In this document: in pieces, positions 50,014 to 60,949 of the stretch
Numbering within the stretch: position 1 is the stretch's first letter
Layout: each line of letters begins with the position of its first letter
Source of the DNA: Vicugna vicugna
Taxonomy: Eukaryota
Direction: 5' to 3'
NCBI GenBank assembly: GCA_013265495.1
Contig: MU058584.1
Location: forward strand, 2,856,508-2,920,507
DNA length: 64,000 bases
Notes under the pieces: model-generated
Databases searched by the model: none
What the model was told of the DNA's origin: nothing
What the model saw: only the letters and a program-made list of their open reading frames with translations
Program-made: the position numbers and the translations under genes

Positions 50014-50109
50014 AGGTGATTAGAGTCAGCTGCATGCAGGTCTGTGCACTCCACAGTAAGCTCCTTAGGCGGGAACCAGGGCTTTTTATCCTTGACCTTG
50101 TATCCCCTA

Positions 50110-50280
50110 CAGCCCTGCCACGTGAAAGGTGGTCCCCAGAAGAGCAAATCAGCACCACCTGGGAGATTATTAGAAATGCAGGCTCTCTGGCCCCATCCCA
50201 GACCTGCTGGGTGAATTAGATTCTGAAGCTTAACAAGAGCCTCAGGTGATTCACATGCCCATTAAAAGTTGAGACGTATT
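50110..50280. mobile_element. MER5A1-like element (a second MER5 piece follows at ~50320-50480)
   Basis: 'atcagcaccacctgggag.tt.ttagaaatgcag...ccccatcccagacctgctg...ttaacaaga.cctcaggtgattc'. Confidence 0.8.
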
Positions 50281-50531
50281 ACCCTCCAGCTGTGCTTGCC
50301 AGCTTGTCCCTGACCAGTTACAACACCCTCACCTGAGGCTGCCGATTAGAAACATAGGACAGGGGGCCCTGTTCACACCCAGGAATCAGAATCTCCAGGG
50401 AATAAAAGCCAGAAATCTGTTTTTATCTCACTCCAGGGGTAATTCTGATATACACCAATACTAAAAGAGCATCCAGCCCTATGCTTTGCTCATAGGAGGT
50501 ACTCAGTAAGTTTCGGTGGGTGGGTGGGTGT

Positions 50532-50534
<3 letters not shown>

Positions 50535-50566
<32 letters not shown>
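50535..50566 (+). repeat. (TG)16 microsatellite, preceded by a GGGT-repeat G-quadruplex motif (50518-50534)
   Basis: Direct reading. Confidence 0.95.
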
Positions 50567-50569
<3 letters not shown>

Positions 50570-50734
50570 ACGGAACCGTCATTTCTGGAGGGAAAGAAAC
50601 CTGAAGTCTGGCCGCGTTCCACCTTCGATGCTCCAAAATCATCAGGGATAGAGGGCTTAGCCTGAGAACTCCTGCCCAAGCTCCCCTAAGCGAAGTACTT
50701 CCTCAGCATCTCCATCACCTCTTGAGGGTCCAGG

Positions 50735-51165
50735 AATCCGAAGATTCCAGGGGAGCCCTCCTTAAATTCAGCTCGGGGCTCCGCGCTACCGCCGTCCGGG
50801 AGCAGCAGCGCCCCCTCTGGCAGCTGGTCCTCCGGGGTTTGGTGGGGCTCGTTCGCGCCCAGAGCTTTGGGAGCTCTGGCTCCCCTGCGCAGCGCGGCGC
50901 CCAGACACGCGGCCGCTGGTGTGATGCTCCGTAAAGACCATCGCCTCCTCCAGTCCCTTCCAGTCCCTCGCCCGCTTCTCCCGCTGCTTGGCCGCGGCGA
51001 CCAGGCCGTCTCGGTCTCCCTCTCCCTCCGCCGGGAAGCCTGGAGCTCCGCCGGGAATTCGCCGACCTGGGGCAGGAATAGGATGAACCCGGGAGCGGAA
51101 CCCAGCAGTGGACCACCGCTCCCTACTGCAGACCACAGCCCAGAAACTCCGCTCCCCGCGCGAAA
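50735..51165. promoter_or_regulatory. CpG island
   Basis: About 40 CpGs by hand count in 50761-51162, GC-rich and non-repetitive, against CpG-depleted flanks. Confidence 0.85.
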
Positions 51166-51369
51166 CCCTTCCTCAAAGGGTAGAGACTGTGGCACGGTGC
51201 ACCAGCAGTCTTCCATAAATCTTTATTAAATTCAGTGGAATTCTTTGTTTTCATGGTTATCCTGTCTCCCCCAGCACCAGCGAGCTGACAGGTGTTAGTG
51301 CCTTTTGTCTAAGCAGATACAAACCCATTTCTGATTTTCTGACATAGTGGTTAAGACCTCTGGCTTTAT

Positions 51370-51660
51370 TAAATGAAAGAAGGCAGACACAAAAGGCACA
51401 AATATTGTATGATTGCATTTACATGGAATGTCCCGAACAGACAGATCCATAGAGACGGGAAGTAAATTAGTGGTTGCCAGGGACTGAAGGGAGGGGGAAA
51501 TGGGAATGACTGCTGCTAAGTATGGGGTTTGGGGTGGGGGTAAAGGGAATAAAATGTGGAGTTAAACAGTAATGATGGTTGCACAATCTTGTGAATAAAA
51601 ACCACTGATAAATGTACATTTTATAAGATGGAGATGTGAATTCTATCTCAATTTTTTTAA
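51370..51660 (+). mobile_element. Old L1 (L1MB/ME-like) 3' UTR
   Basis: 'aatgaaagaaggcagacacaaaagg.cacaaatattgtatgatt.catttacatg...attagtggttgccaggg...gatggttgcacaa'. Confidence 0.85.
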
Positions 51661-51664
51661 AGAT

Positions 51665-51860
51665 CTTGGGCTTTAGAATCAGGCTACCTGAGCTTGAACC
51701 CGGATGCTGCCACCTCCTAGCTGTTACCCTGGACAACATAATTTACCTCTTAGAGACCCAGTAGCATGTTCTGGAAAGAGGATGATAAAACCTGTCATAG
51801 GTTTGCTGTGAGATTTAAATAGGACAGTCCATAGAAGTGCCTGGAACATCATAAGTGCTA
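51665..51860 (+). mobile_element. MIR SINE
   Basis: 'ggctttagaatcagg...tgccacctcctagctg...cataggtttgctgtgagatttaaat'; a MER5-type piece follows at ~51885-52045. Confidence 0.75.
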
Positions 51861-52104
51861 ATGACTGCTGCTGCCTTTAAGTCCAAGAATTCTCAAACTT
51901 TAAGATGCATAAGAATCACCTGGGGCGCTGGATAAGATGAATAGCCCTTAAATTTTCAGATTTATCAGTCTGGAGTTCAGCTTCAGAATTAGCATTTTTA
52001 ATAAAGTTACCATTCTGATACAGATGGTCTGGAAACGACACTAAGAGAAATAATGTTCTACACTTCCATAAAATGGAAAAAAAATGATAATGTTTTTAAG
52101 AAGT

Positions 52105-53295
52105 GTTAGCTTCCCACTTAGGATGTAGAAAACTAGGGGGGAAAAAAAACACTGCTACCCTCCCCCTCCCCCGCCCCCCAAAAGCTGGACAATCTGCAAA
52201 TTCACAACTCTTCTTGAACTCATCAGAGAGCTGGGACTGGAGGGCAACAAACTAACCCAAAATTTAAGGAAAATACAAGCACCTCCAAAGAGAGACAAAT
52301 ATGAGCACCTGATAACCTGGAACAAATATAAAACCCGGCTTATAAAACTTAGCTCAAACTTTCAACAAATTGCTAAAGGCTGGGTTTAGACAGGCAAGAA
52401 ATGGAGAACCCCTGGAGACACAGACAACGGAGAATCATACACACTCTCACAGGCTCATCTCCAGAGACCTCACTGGGGACACCCAAGAAAGATGAGAGCA
52501 GGAAAAGAGTCTTCAGATAGCTTTCCATGTGCTGCAGGCTTGGGAGGAAGGGACCGCAGCCATGTGGGAAATACAAGAAGCTCCACCTGAATCCTTATCC
52601 CCTCTCTCTCCTACAGAGCAAAGCTTTAAAATGTTGGCAGAAGGACAACAAACCCTGCCACTCTTAGGGCACTGGTGAAAAAGTCACTGTAGCTGGGGGA
52701 AAGGGAGGGGTGGGAGTGGGGAAGATTCCCTAGCCATAGGAAGGAGCAGGAGTAGGCGCTGGGCCCAGACCTGCAGCCAAAGTAAAGGACAACCATTGAG
52801 AAGCACCACCCTCCAAGACCCAGAAACACAATGGCTGCCTACGACTGAGACTTAATCAGACAGCAGAGAATGTTCCCTGCTGTTCCCTACCACCTAGTAA
52901 CAAATGATAGTAGTCTACTGCTGAAAGAGGTACAAAAGCATGGAGAGAGACCCTCACTGAGGCACGGGGCAAAGGGAAGACCCAAAGTTGAGAGCAGAGC
53001 AGACACTGGGGAAATAAACCTTCCAGCAAACCAGCCCCCACCCATCCTAAACACAAGACATACCAGAAGTATTTGAAAACTGTTGTGTTGGAGGAAACCA
53101 TAGCAACAGCATCCCAAACTGACTCAACTTTTGAGCAGGCCAACTCAGTTCCCCACATTAAATGCTAAGAACAAGAAAAGGCAGGCCCATTTCTGGGTGC
53201 AAAAACGATTTAACTCAGTCTCTACTATCCTACACAAGATGTCTGGCTTTCATCAAAAAATGACAAGGTATTTTACAAAGGCACAAGAAAAACAG
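52105..53295 (+). mobile_element. Old L1M (L1MC/MD-like) 5' UTR to ORF1 start
   Basis: 'aggatgtagaaaact...gctggacaatctgcaaattcacaactcttcttgaac.catcagaga' through 'ctacacaagatgtctggctttca.caaaaaat.acaagg'. Confidence 0.65.
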
Positions 53296-53991
53296 AAACA
53301 TTGTAACTAAGTACTCCTAAATCTTGGGGATGTAGAACAGTAAAAGTTTATTTCTTGCTCTTATTGGCCAGAACTCAGGCACATGGCCACACCCAACAGC
53401 AAGGAAAGCTGGGAAATATAGTTCAGCTCCGTGGAGAAAAGAGGATATTGATAAACATTTAGCAAAACCCAAAGGAATGGACCATAGCATAGGTAAGTTT
53501 TGCAAGGAGACTAAGAGGTATATATTAGGTAATAGAACGTATACGGCAAAGGAAGATGCAAGAGAAGAGCTTGAGACTCTGTCCAGTGAAATTATAGACC
53601 CTTGGGTCTAAGTCATTAGGCATAATGTCCACTCAGTAGGCAGGATGATCATTATGGATTATGAATTTAAGAATTTAAATCTGATTATGTCACTCCTCTG
53701 CTTAAAAACCTTCAACGTCCACCCTAAGAGTAAATAATATGGATTAACAGTCTTCCAGAATGTATCCCCTGCCTTCCACTCACTCTTTTTTTCCCACTCA
53801 CTCTTTTTGCTTAGCTGTAATGCTCTAACAATCTTTTATTATTTGCCCAAAATGTAAGGATCTCTCCTCACCTCCTGCCATTAATCATGTTATTTCTTCC
53901 ATATGTTCAGAACCCTCTTTTACGAAACAATTCTCACTCTTTTTCTGAGACGTACTGATTCTTCAGTTTCCAGCCTAAAAATGACAGCTTC

Positions 53992-54503
53992 ATGATAGCC
54001 AAAGGTCAGTCTAAAATTGACACCAAACCACAGATCCAGGAAACTCAGAGAACACCAAGCAGGCTAAATACCAATACATACAGCACCGTACATCTAGGCA
54101 TTATCATTCAAACTGCTGAAAGCCGAAAATGGGAGTTATTCTTGAAGGCAGCTAAAGAGAAAAGACACGTTGCATTTAGAGGAAAAAAAGAGATCAGTTA
54201 AAGCAGACCTCTTGTCAGAAACTATTCAAGCCCAAAGACAATGGAGAAGCAGTCTCAAAGTGTTGAAAGAAAACAATTGTCAGTCCAGAATTCCATACCG
54301 AGGAAAAGCATTTTTCAAAACTGAGGGAGAAATAAGAATCTTACAAGACAAATAAAAACTGAAAGAACTTACTTCCAGTAGACCTGGAACTACAAGAAAT
54401 GTGAAAGGAAGTTCTTTAGGCAAATAAAAATGATATCAGACAGAATCTTGGATAATTACACAAAGAAATAAAGGGCACAAAAATGGAATAATGAAGGTAA
54501 ATA
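53992..54503 (+). mobile_element. L1M ORF1 C-terminal remnant
   Basis: Translations DTKPQIQETQRTPSRLN and ADLLSETIQAQRQWRSSLKVLKENNCQSRIPYRGKAFFKTEGEIR resemble the L1 ORF1p RRM/CTD region; frameshifted. Confidence 0.85.
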
Positions 54504-54919
54504 CATTATTTCTTCAAATATTTTTCTGTTTTGCTTTCAATTCTTCTTCTGGGATTCCAATTAGACTGTATTGTCCCACAGTTCTTGGGTGGTCTATTCT
54601 GGTTGGGTTTTTTTTATTTTAACATTTTTTATTGATTTATAATCATTTTACAATATTGTGTCAAATTCCAGTGTACAGCACAATTTTTCAATTATACATG
54701 AACATACATATATTCATTGTCACATTCCTTTCTCTGTGAGCTACCACAAGATCTTGTATATATTTCCCTGTGCTATACAGTATAATCTGGTTGGGTTTTT
54801 TTAATCCACTCTTTTTTTTCTTTCTGGTTTCAGTTTGTGTAGTTTCTACTGACCTATCTTTAAATTCACTTATTCTTTCCTTGGCTGTTTAAAGTCTATT
54901 GATGAGCCCATTGAAGGCA
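54504..54919 (-). mobile_element. L1M ORF1 middle segment in antisense (interrupted by a young L1)
   Basis: Reverse complement reads tgccttcaatgggctcatcaatagact...caagaactgtgggacaat...aaatatttgaagaaataatg. Confidence 0.75.
54608..54788 (-). mobile_element. Young camelid L1 3' tip with perfect TSD
   Basis: 'ttttttattgatttataatcattttacaat...gagctaccacaagatcttg...tgctatacagtataatct'; tctggttgggttttttt is repeated at 54598-54614 and 54786-54802. Confidence 0.9.
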
Positions 54920-55379
54920 AATACACTAAGTAACTACCTAGTTACAAGTAAACTAATTTTTAGATAACTAGTGAATTCCTTGTTTTCATATATTATTATG
55001 TGAAAATATTATATTTTATAACGACCATTGGGAATTTCAGAAATAGGACCATAAGAATAAATAAATAAAATTTGTGTGTTCTTCAAATCGTACAACATTG
55101 AGGGCCACATGTGTTACTTTACCAGTCTACATCTAGGGAGCCCCTGACGAAAGTCCTGGGATTCATGCTCTTGATCACGCATGGGATAGTACATGCATTT
55201 GTACTTGCATTTGTAACATGAAGACCAGTATTCCAGCTTCTAAGATGCTACCAATCAGCCATGTGGCCTCAGAAAAGATTTTTTTTTACCTCTTGGTGTC
55301 CATGTTTTTATCCATAAGGGAGGGACGATAGTATCAATCTTCAAGGGTAGAGGATTACACTGTGAGGATTAAGGCAATG

Positions 55380-55847
55380 TCTACATGGACTGCTGCAATC
55401 TCACCAATGCTTCTCCCTTCCCTGTATCTACACCCTTTGCCAGATGACTTTACAATTCCTCCAACAAAGGGACTAGCATACAGTTCCCCACACCTGGACA
55501 CTGAGTTCAGCCACGTGACTTCCTTTGGCCAGTCCAGGAGGCCTCGCATGTTTCTGCTTGCTCTCATGCCTCTACCATCACCTCTTCCATCACCGTGGGA
55601 ACATTCCTGGGTTAGCTTGAAGGAAAATAAGAGACATGGATCAGAGCTGAATTGTTCAAGTCATCTCAGCTGAGGCCATTCTAGATCAGCTGACAGCTAG
55701 CTGACCTCCAGCTCTATGAGCAAGCCAAGATCAGGAGAACCACCTAGCTAACCGCCAGACATGTGAGCAGTAGACATATTGTTGTATGTCCCTGGGATTT
55801 CATGGCTGTTTGTTACACAGCATCATTGTGGCAACAGATAACCAACA
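55380..55847 (+). mobile_element. MLT1H/I-like MaLR LTR (preceded by a MIR at ~55225-55370)
   Basis: 'ctcccttccctgtatctacaccctttgc...gccacgtgacttcctttggcca...gtttgttacacagcatcattgtggcaacagataac'. Confidence 0.8.
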
Positions 55848-57074
55848 GAGTCTGTGAAACTAGGCTCCCACAATCTGTAAAGTACTACACAAATGAAAAT
55901 TATAAAAGTTTAGAGGGCTATATATGTATATCTCCCCAAGGACTCCCTTGGTCTACGAGGTGTGAGATGTCTGTGAAAAAATCTCATTAGAGTCCCAGTT
56001 CAGAGTATCATGGGATCAAAGTTGGAGTTGGAGAGAACTTTGGAAACTGTCTAATCCACCCTCTACCTGCGTATGAAGCTTCTTCTTTTCTAACCGACAT
56101 TAATTCTCTTTTGTGCTTACCAACAGATTTGTTCCTTCTAGCACCTGTATGCTCTAACAGGGATAAAAACTTCATCCCTAAAGCCGGCCCTCTCTCTAGC
56201 AATTCCTGCATGGACGAGCCAGGAGGCTGGGTACAGTTCCATTCTTCCCAATCCACCATTTCTCTGCCTTGGCATCTGTCGCTTATGCTCTGATCATGCT
56301 ACAACCATGCAGCTACTTTACAAACTAAAAGCTGCTAACGCGTATCACTTAGCACATTTTCCTGCATGTTGCATTAATCTTAAAGATCCAGCTCAATGCA
56401 CCCAAGGACACCCTCTCTGAATATACAAGGGCTAGTCTACAAAAGCTCATAAATTAAGCATCCTCCTGGGTTTCCAAAGGAATAGAAAGCCACAAGAATA
56501 AACTGGAAGAGAAACCAAGCAAGCTGCTTTTTTATTTTCTAAAGGAAGGAAGAAATTATTCAGCCAGATTCAGGCCTCTTTCAGGCACCTCACACATTAC
56601 TATCACTGAACAAATACTGATTATTCTTCTTAACAATCAGGTAACCTGAGATGGACCTTTTCTTCCCTAAAAGAAATAAGGAATATCCCAGGTCCCATTT
56701 CTGCATCTTAAATGGTATCTCTACCTTACCAGCTGTAGGATCTTTTTTTTTTTCCTTTTTTCTAACTGAGATGAAGACAGGAGGCTGAGTGCTTGTCTAG
56801 AAAAATGACAAATCAGACATGACATACATATAGACCCATTACTTCTGTCATATTTCTCCTCTTAACTTTTCTCAGCAATTAAGGTTTCCATGAGCCTCCC
56901 ACTCCTTTTCAAATCCGGCTTGTGAGGCAGTTGTAATTAAATCCCCTGATTTCCCAATGCTTCTTTGTAAAATAACTTCATCTTAGAAAAGTTCTCTTTT
57001 AAATTTCCCCAAACACCCTTTCCTGACTCGGGCTGTGATGGTCAACTAAATCTCTTCCTCCTTCTCTTGGGTGT

Positions 57075-57950
57075 CTAAGTTCAGGTCAAGCACTGCCTCC
57101 TCCAGGAAGTCTTCCCTGACCACCTAACCCAGACTCATTTTAATGCCCTTTTTCTGGGCTCCTATAGTCCCCTATATATACTGCTATCACAATATTTACC
57201 ACACTGTCTAATAGTCATCAGTGTCCTTATTGTCTCCCACACTTAGTCTGTGCGAAGAGGACAGGGTCATGCCTCAGTTGATTGCATTCATGGAGCTGGT
57301 TTTGGTAGAATTCTAGAGGAGGAACACTGAGCAGTGGCTTATCAACCTTTCCAGCAACTATTTTGTTCCCCTTGATAGGACTCTCTGTGCATTAAACCCA
57401 AAAACAGCAGCGCCTTTGTTCCTCCTTATTAGCATCACAAAGAGAATAAGATGCCATTATTTACCTAGAAATGAGCTTCATGGAATCTTCTGAAGTCATC
57501 ACATTATCAAATCACCTTTGGGTACCTGGTATGTATCCAAATCTGTACTGAGCACTCTGGTAGGGGTTTGGGGGAAGGTAATAAGGAAATATAAAACTAG
57601 GTCTCAAACAACAAGAAATAAGTATCAACTTGAAGACGTAAATATATGTATCTAGATCACTGACCAACTTTACATCAGATCACATAAATGCCCAATTAAG
57701 TAACATAGGCTGGGGAGAAATTCAGATAGAGAGAAATTACTTGAAAAGGAGGAAAGTTGGAAAGGTTTTCAAGGCAGCTTTACAATTGGGTCTTGAGGGA
57801 GAGAGTAGGTAGGATCTGAGCAGAGGGGGAAAGAGCCGGTGTAGCGCCGGCATAAACACAGGCACAGAGGTGGGATCTGCACTGTCTGTTTAGATACAGA
57901 GAATAATGAATAGACTTGCCCTGCGAGGAGGAAGGTCCTATAATGAGGAA
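57075..57950. mobile_element. L2 fragments (sense ~57075-57300, antisense ~57505-57950)
   Basis: 'ctgcctcctccaggaagtcttccctgaccacc' and 'aaacacaggcacagaggtggga' motifs. Confidence 0.6.
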
Positions 57951-59339
57951 CAATGAGAATTAGGTTCCAAAGCCAGACCAAATTATCTTCATTTTTTTCC
58001 CCCAATAAAAAGGACTGTCCAAGACACCTACTTTTAAGAGGCCTCATCAAATCCACATCCTGAACAGGAGATGCGCACTTAGCAGGGAATGCATAGTCTT
58101 ACCAGAACCCAGCCACCACCAATTACTCCTCAAGAGCACCAGGTTAACTCTCCATTAACCAAAGGCTATTTCTCTAGTCTGTGCTTTACCTAATTCACCC
58201 AACCAGTATAAATTGTACACCCACTATGTCCTGCTCTCCGTACTAAACTCCCTAAGTCACTAAAAAATGAAGGAGGTAGAGTTCCTAATTTCAAAAAATG
58301 TATTTTCACCTCTTTTTTCTTCCTCCATATTTTTCTCTCTCTTTCACCATTTCTTAGGGACGGTGTTCTTTTGGGGATTCCATCAAACTCCAGACCTGCT
58401 GTAGCCCTTCCTTGTTAAACATTTTAATCACACTGGTAGATTTAAAAAAGAGAGAAGAGAAGAAAACAAATCAGGAAACGATTTGGCTTCAGAGGTGAAA
58501 TGGTTACATTTTGAGAGCCTTCTTTATGTTCGTTAGATCTACAGCTGTTCTCTCCTGAGTGGTTAAAAATTGCTTCTATCTGCCAAAAAAACTTCTTTTG
58601 CATCTTCCTCTGATGAGAAATAAGACGTCTCTCTTCCTGTCTAAATGAAGAGTTGAAATCGTGGCCACACCAAGATAGCACGGTCCAACTCACCTTTCTA
58701 AGCCTGACTTCCACCAGCCCCTGAGTCAGCGCCGAAACAGCGCAGCACACCTGGAAAACCAGCCCTCTCACCGTGCCAAGCCATGTGTCTCCCATCATTT
58801 AAGGAATTCCTGAAATCCCACCCTCTGTGTGGTCCTTTAGGACTTCAGAGAAGAATAACCAAGTGCTTCCCGTCATCAGATGCTGTCTACTTATGCAAGG
58901 CGTTGGCCGCTTTTCCTGAATGGTCATCACCCCAACCCCAACACAGATCCTGCATTCCCCTTCGCTCCTCACCCCTGAACATACGTGCCTTTGAACTGGA
59001 CTTACTATAAATAGCCTACCTTTGGTCTCAGATGTGGCATCAAGAAACCTTTCTGTGGGTCCAGAAAGGTTTGTTGGGATGTAGGGAGCTAGACCTGTGT
59101 GGGGTTGTTCTCATAAGTGGATTGCAACGAGACTTCACCAAATGGGCGTTCATTCACACATGATTTTCTTGCATGATAACAACTGGAAAAACCAACATTT
59201 CTATAGTATTTATAAAATGCTTTCCTATCCATGATCTCAGTTGTTTCTTCAGGCTAACCCTGTGAGGTTGGATTTACATTATCCTCTCTTAATAAGGAAA
59301 TGTAAGTTAAAAGAGGCTAAGTAATTTGCCTTCGGTCAA

Positions 59340-59930
59340 GAAATAAACGGTGCTAGGAAAAGTATTTGAGAATGACACTCTCTAGATCCTTCACCTGACA
59401 CCACGAAAATAAGTCTCAGGTAGATTAAAGAATTAAACATAGGGGGAGAAAAGCTGCTAACAGAAGGAGAAAATGCATTTGAAGATTTGCCTGATCTCTG
59501 AATGAAGAAGTATTTTTCATCACTGGAAGAGATGGCGAAAGAAAAAACATGATCCATTAGTCTACATAAAAATGTAAAACGTTACATGTCACAAAGCCAA
59601 ATGAAACGCAAACAATAAACAGAGGGGAGGGGAAATTGCCTGAGAAACGGCCAGACTGTTGTGGCACAAATCTGCTCAGTCACAGCTCGGGCCACCTCTA
59701 GAGCACTGGGAGGCTGGTGTGGATGCTGAGGCCAGTCCCAGCGGAGGTCACAGCTGGAAGCCAGGTCTCTTATGAAGGGACGTCTGCACATATCAGCATC
59801 CACGCAGAAAAAAGACTGCAAATGCACCAAAATGTTAACAGTGTTATGGAATTATGTATTATTTTTATTTTCTTCTTTATCCTTTCCTTATTTTCCATGT
59901 TTTTGCAAAAAGCACAATAATCAGGAAAAA
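59340..59930 (+). mobile_element. Degraded L1ME-like fragments
   Basis: 'aataaacggtgctaggaaaa...tagatccttcacc...ggtagattaaagaattaaa' and the 3' UTR motif 'caccaaaatgttaacagtg'. Confidence 0.6.
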
Positions 59931-60949
59931 AAGTGTTATACTCAGAAAAATAGGGGTTTTTATTTTCAAATGAGAATTATAGAGGGATTTCTGTTTTCCC
60001 TAATCTCTCTTGCTCTTATCCACACACGTCTTTTGAAAGTGAGAGTTCTAATATATTCATAGTTTGCTTAGAGACATACTGTTTTCAGAACAAGACAAAG
60101 CTTTAAATCACACATATACACACAGAACACCGTCTTTGGTTCACTTTCTGAAGTCTTTGCTTCCTTCAGGGTTTGTGAGGAAAAGTTTCCAGTTTTTCTC
60201 TCAACGCAACTGCATTGGAAGGAAGAAAAAGAACTTGGGCGGGAGGTCAGGGAGTTCACATTTATAGTCGGCTACGTGCAGGGCTGGGCCAGGGGTCTCC
60301 AGCATCACACATCTGTGATATCATCACCACTGTGCGAAATAACAGGGTTCAGAGTCAAGCGTGGTGCTGCCCATCTAGTAAGAGCTGAAGACGGGATTCA
60401 CTCCAGGTCTGTTTGACCCCAAATCTTGGCTTATTCATCTACACCTCATTCCCTTCAATCAAGACATATCCATATCCTGCAACTCGGCAAATCCAGGGGA
60501 ACTGATCACTAGAAATGCCTTGGCATGCGAGGTGGAGCCCTGCCAAGAGCGGCCTGAGAGTCAAGGGACTGTCTTCTAACCTTGGCTGTGGCCGAGGTAC
60601 CGGATGACTTTGGACAAGTTTGTTCTCTTGCCCGTAGAAGGAATGGCTGGGAAGAGTGGTTTCTAAAGGGCTTTCCTGCTCTTCGCCTCTGGCTCCCTCG
60701 GCGTCCATTTGTCTGTGTGTAAATGTGGCTCTCAGCAAGCCAGAGCTGCTCATCGTGCTTCAAGGGGAAACAGAGGTCTCTAAACAGTTCCTTGTGAGTG
60801 TCTCACCCAGAACTACTGGTAAAGTCTTGCTGGTAACAATCTAAATGGTAGAGACTTAAATAGGCTATGACATTGCCATAGAGTGGAATGCAACGCAGAC
60901 ATGAAAAATAATTGGGGGGCAGTTATCCAGCACTTTCTACACTGAATTT

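Noticed and set aside
50062..50069. TCCTTAGG as the 3' exon of an intact intron-containing tRNA-Tyr
   Set aside because: It lies outside the TSD within an L2-like 'gtaagctcctt..ggc.ggga' motif, and no GGTTCGA T-loop or acceptor stem follows.
50686..51229. Overlapping ORFs of 70-176 aa as a CDS
   Set aside because: Several frames on both strands are open because high GC content depletes stop codons; no recognisable protein.
53992..54355. ORF1p-like ORFs as a domesticated gene
   Set aside because: Frameshifted, fragmentary and embedded in a rearranged L1 fossil.
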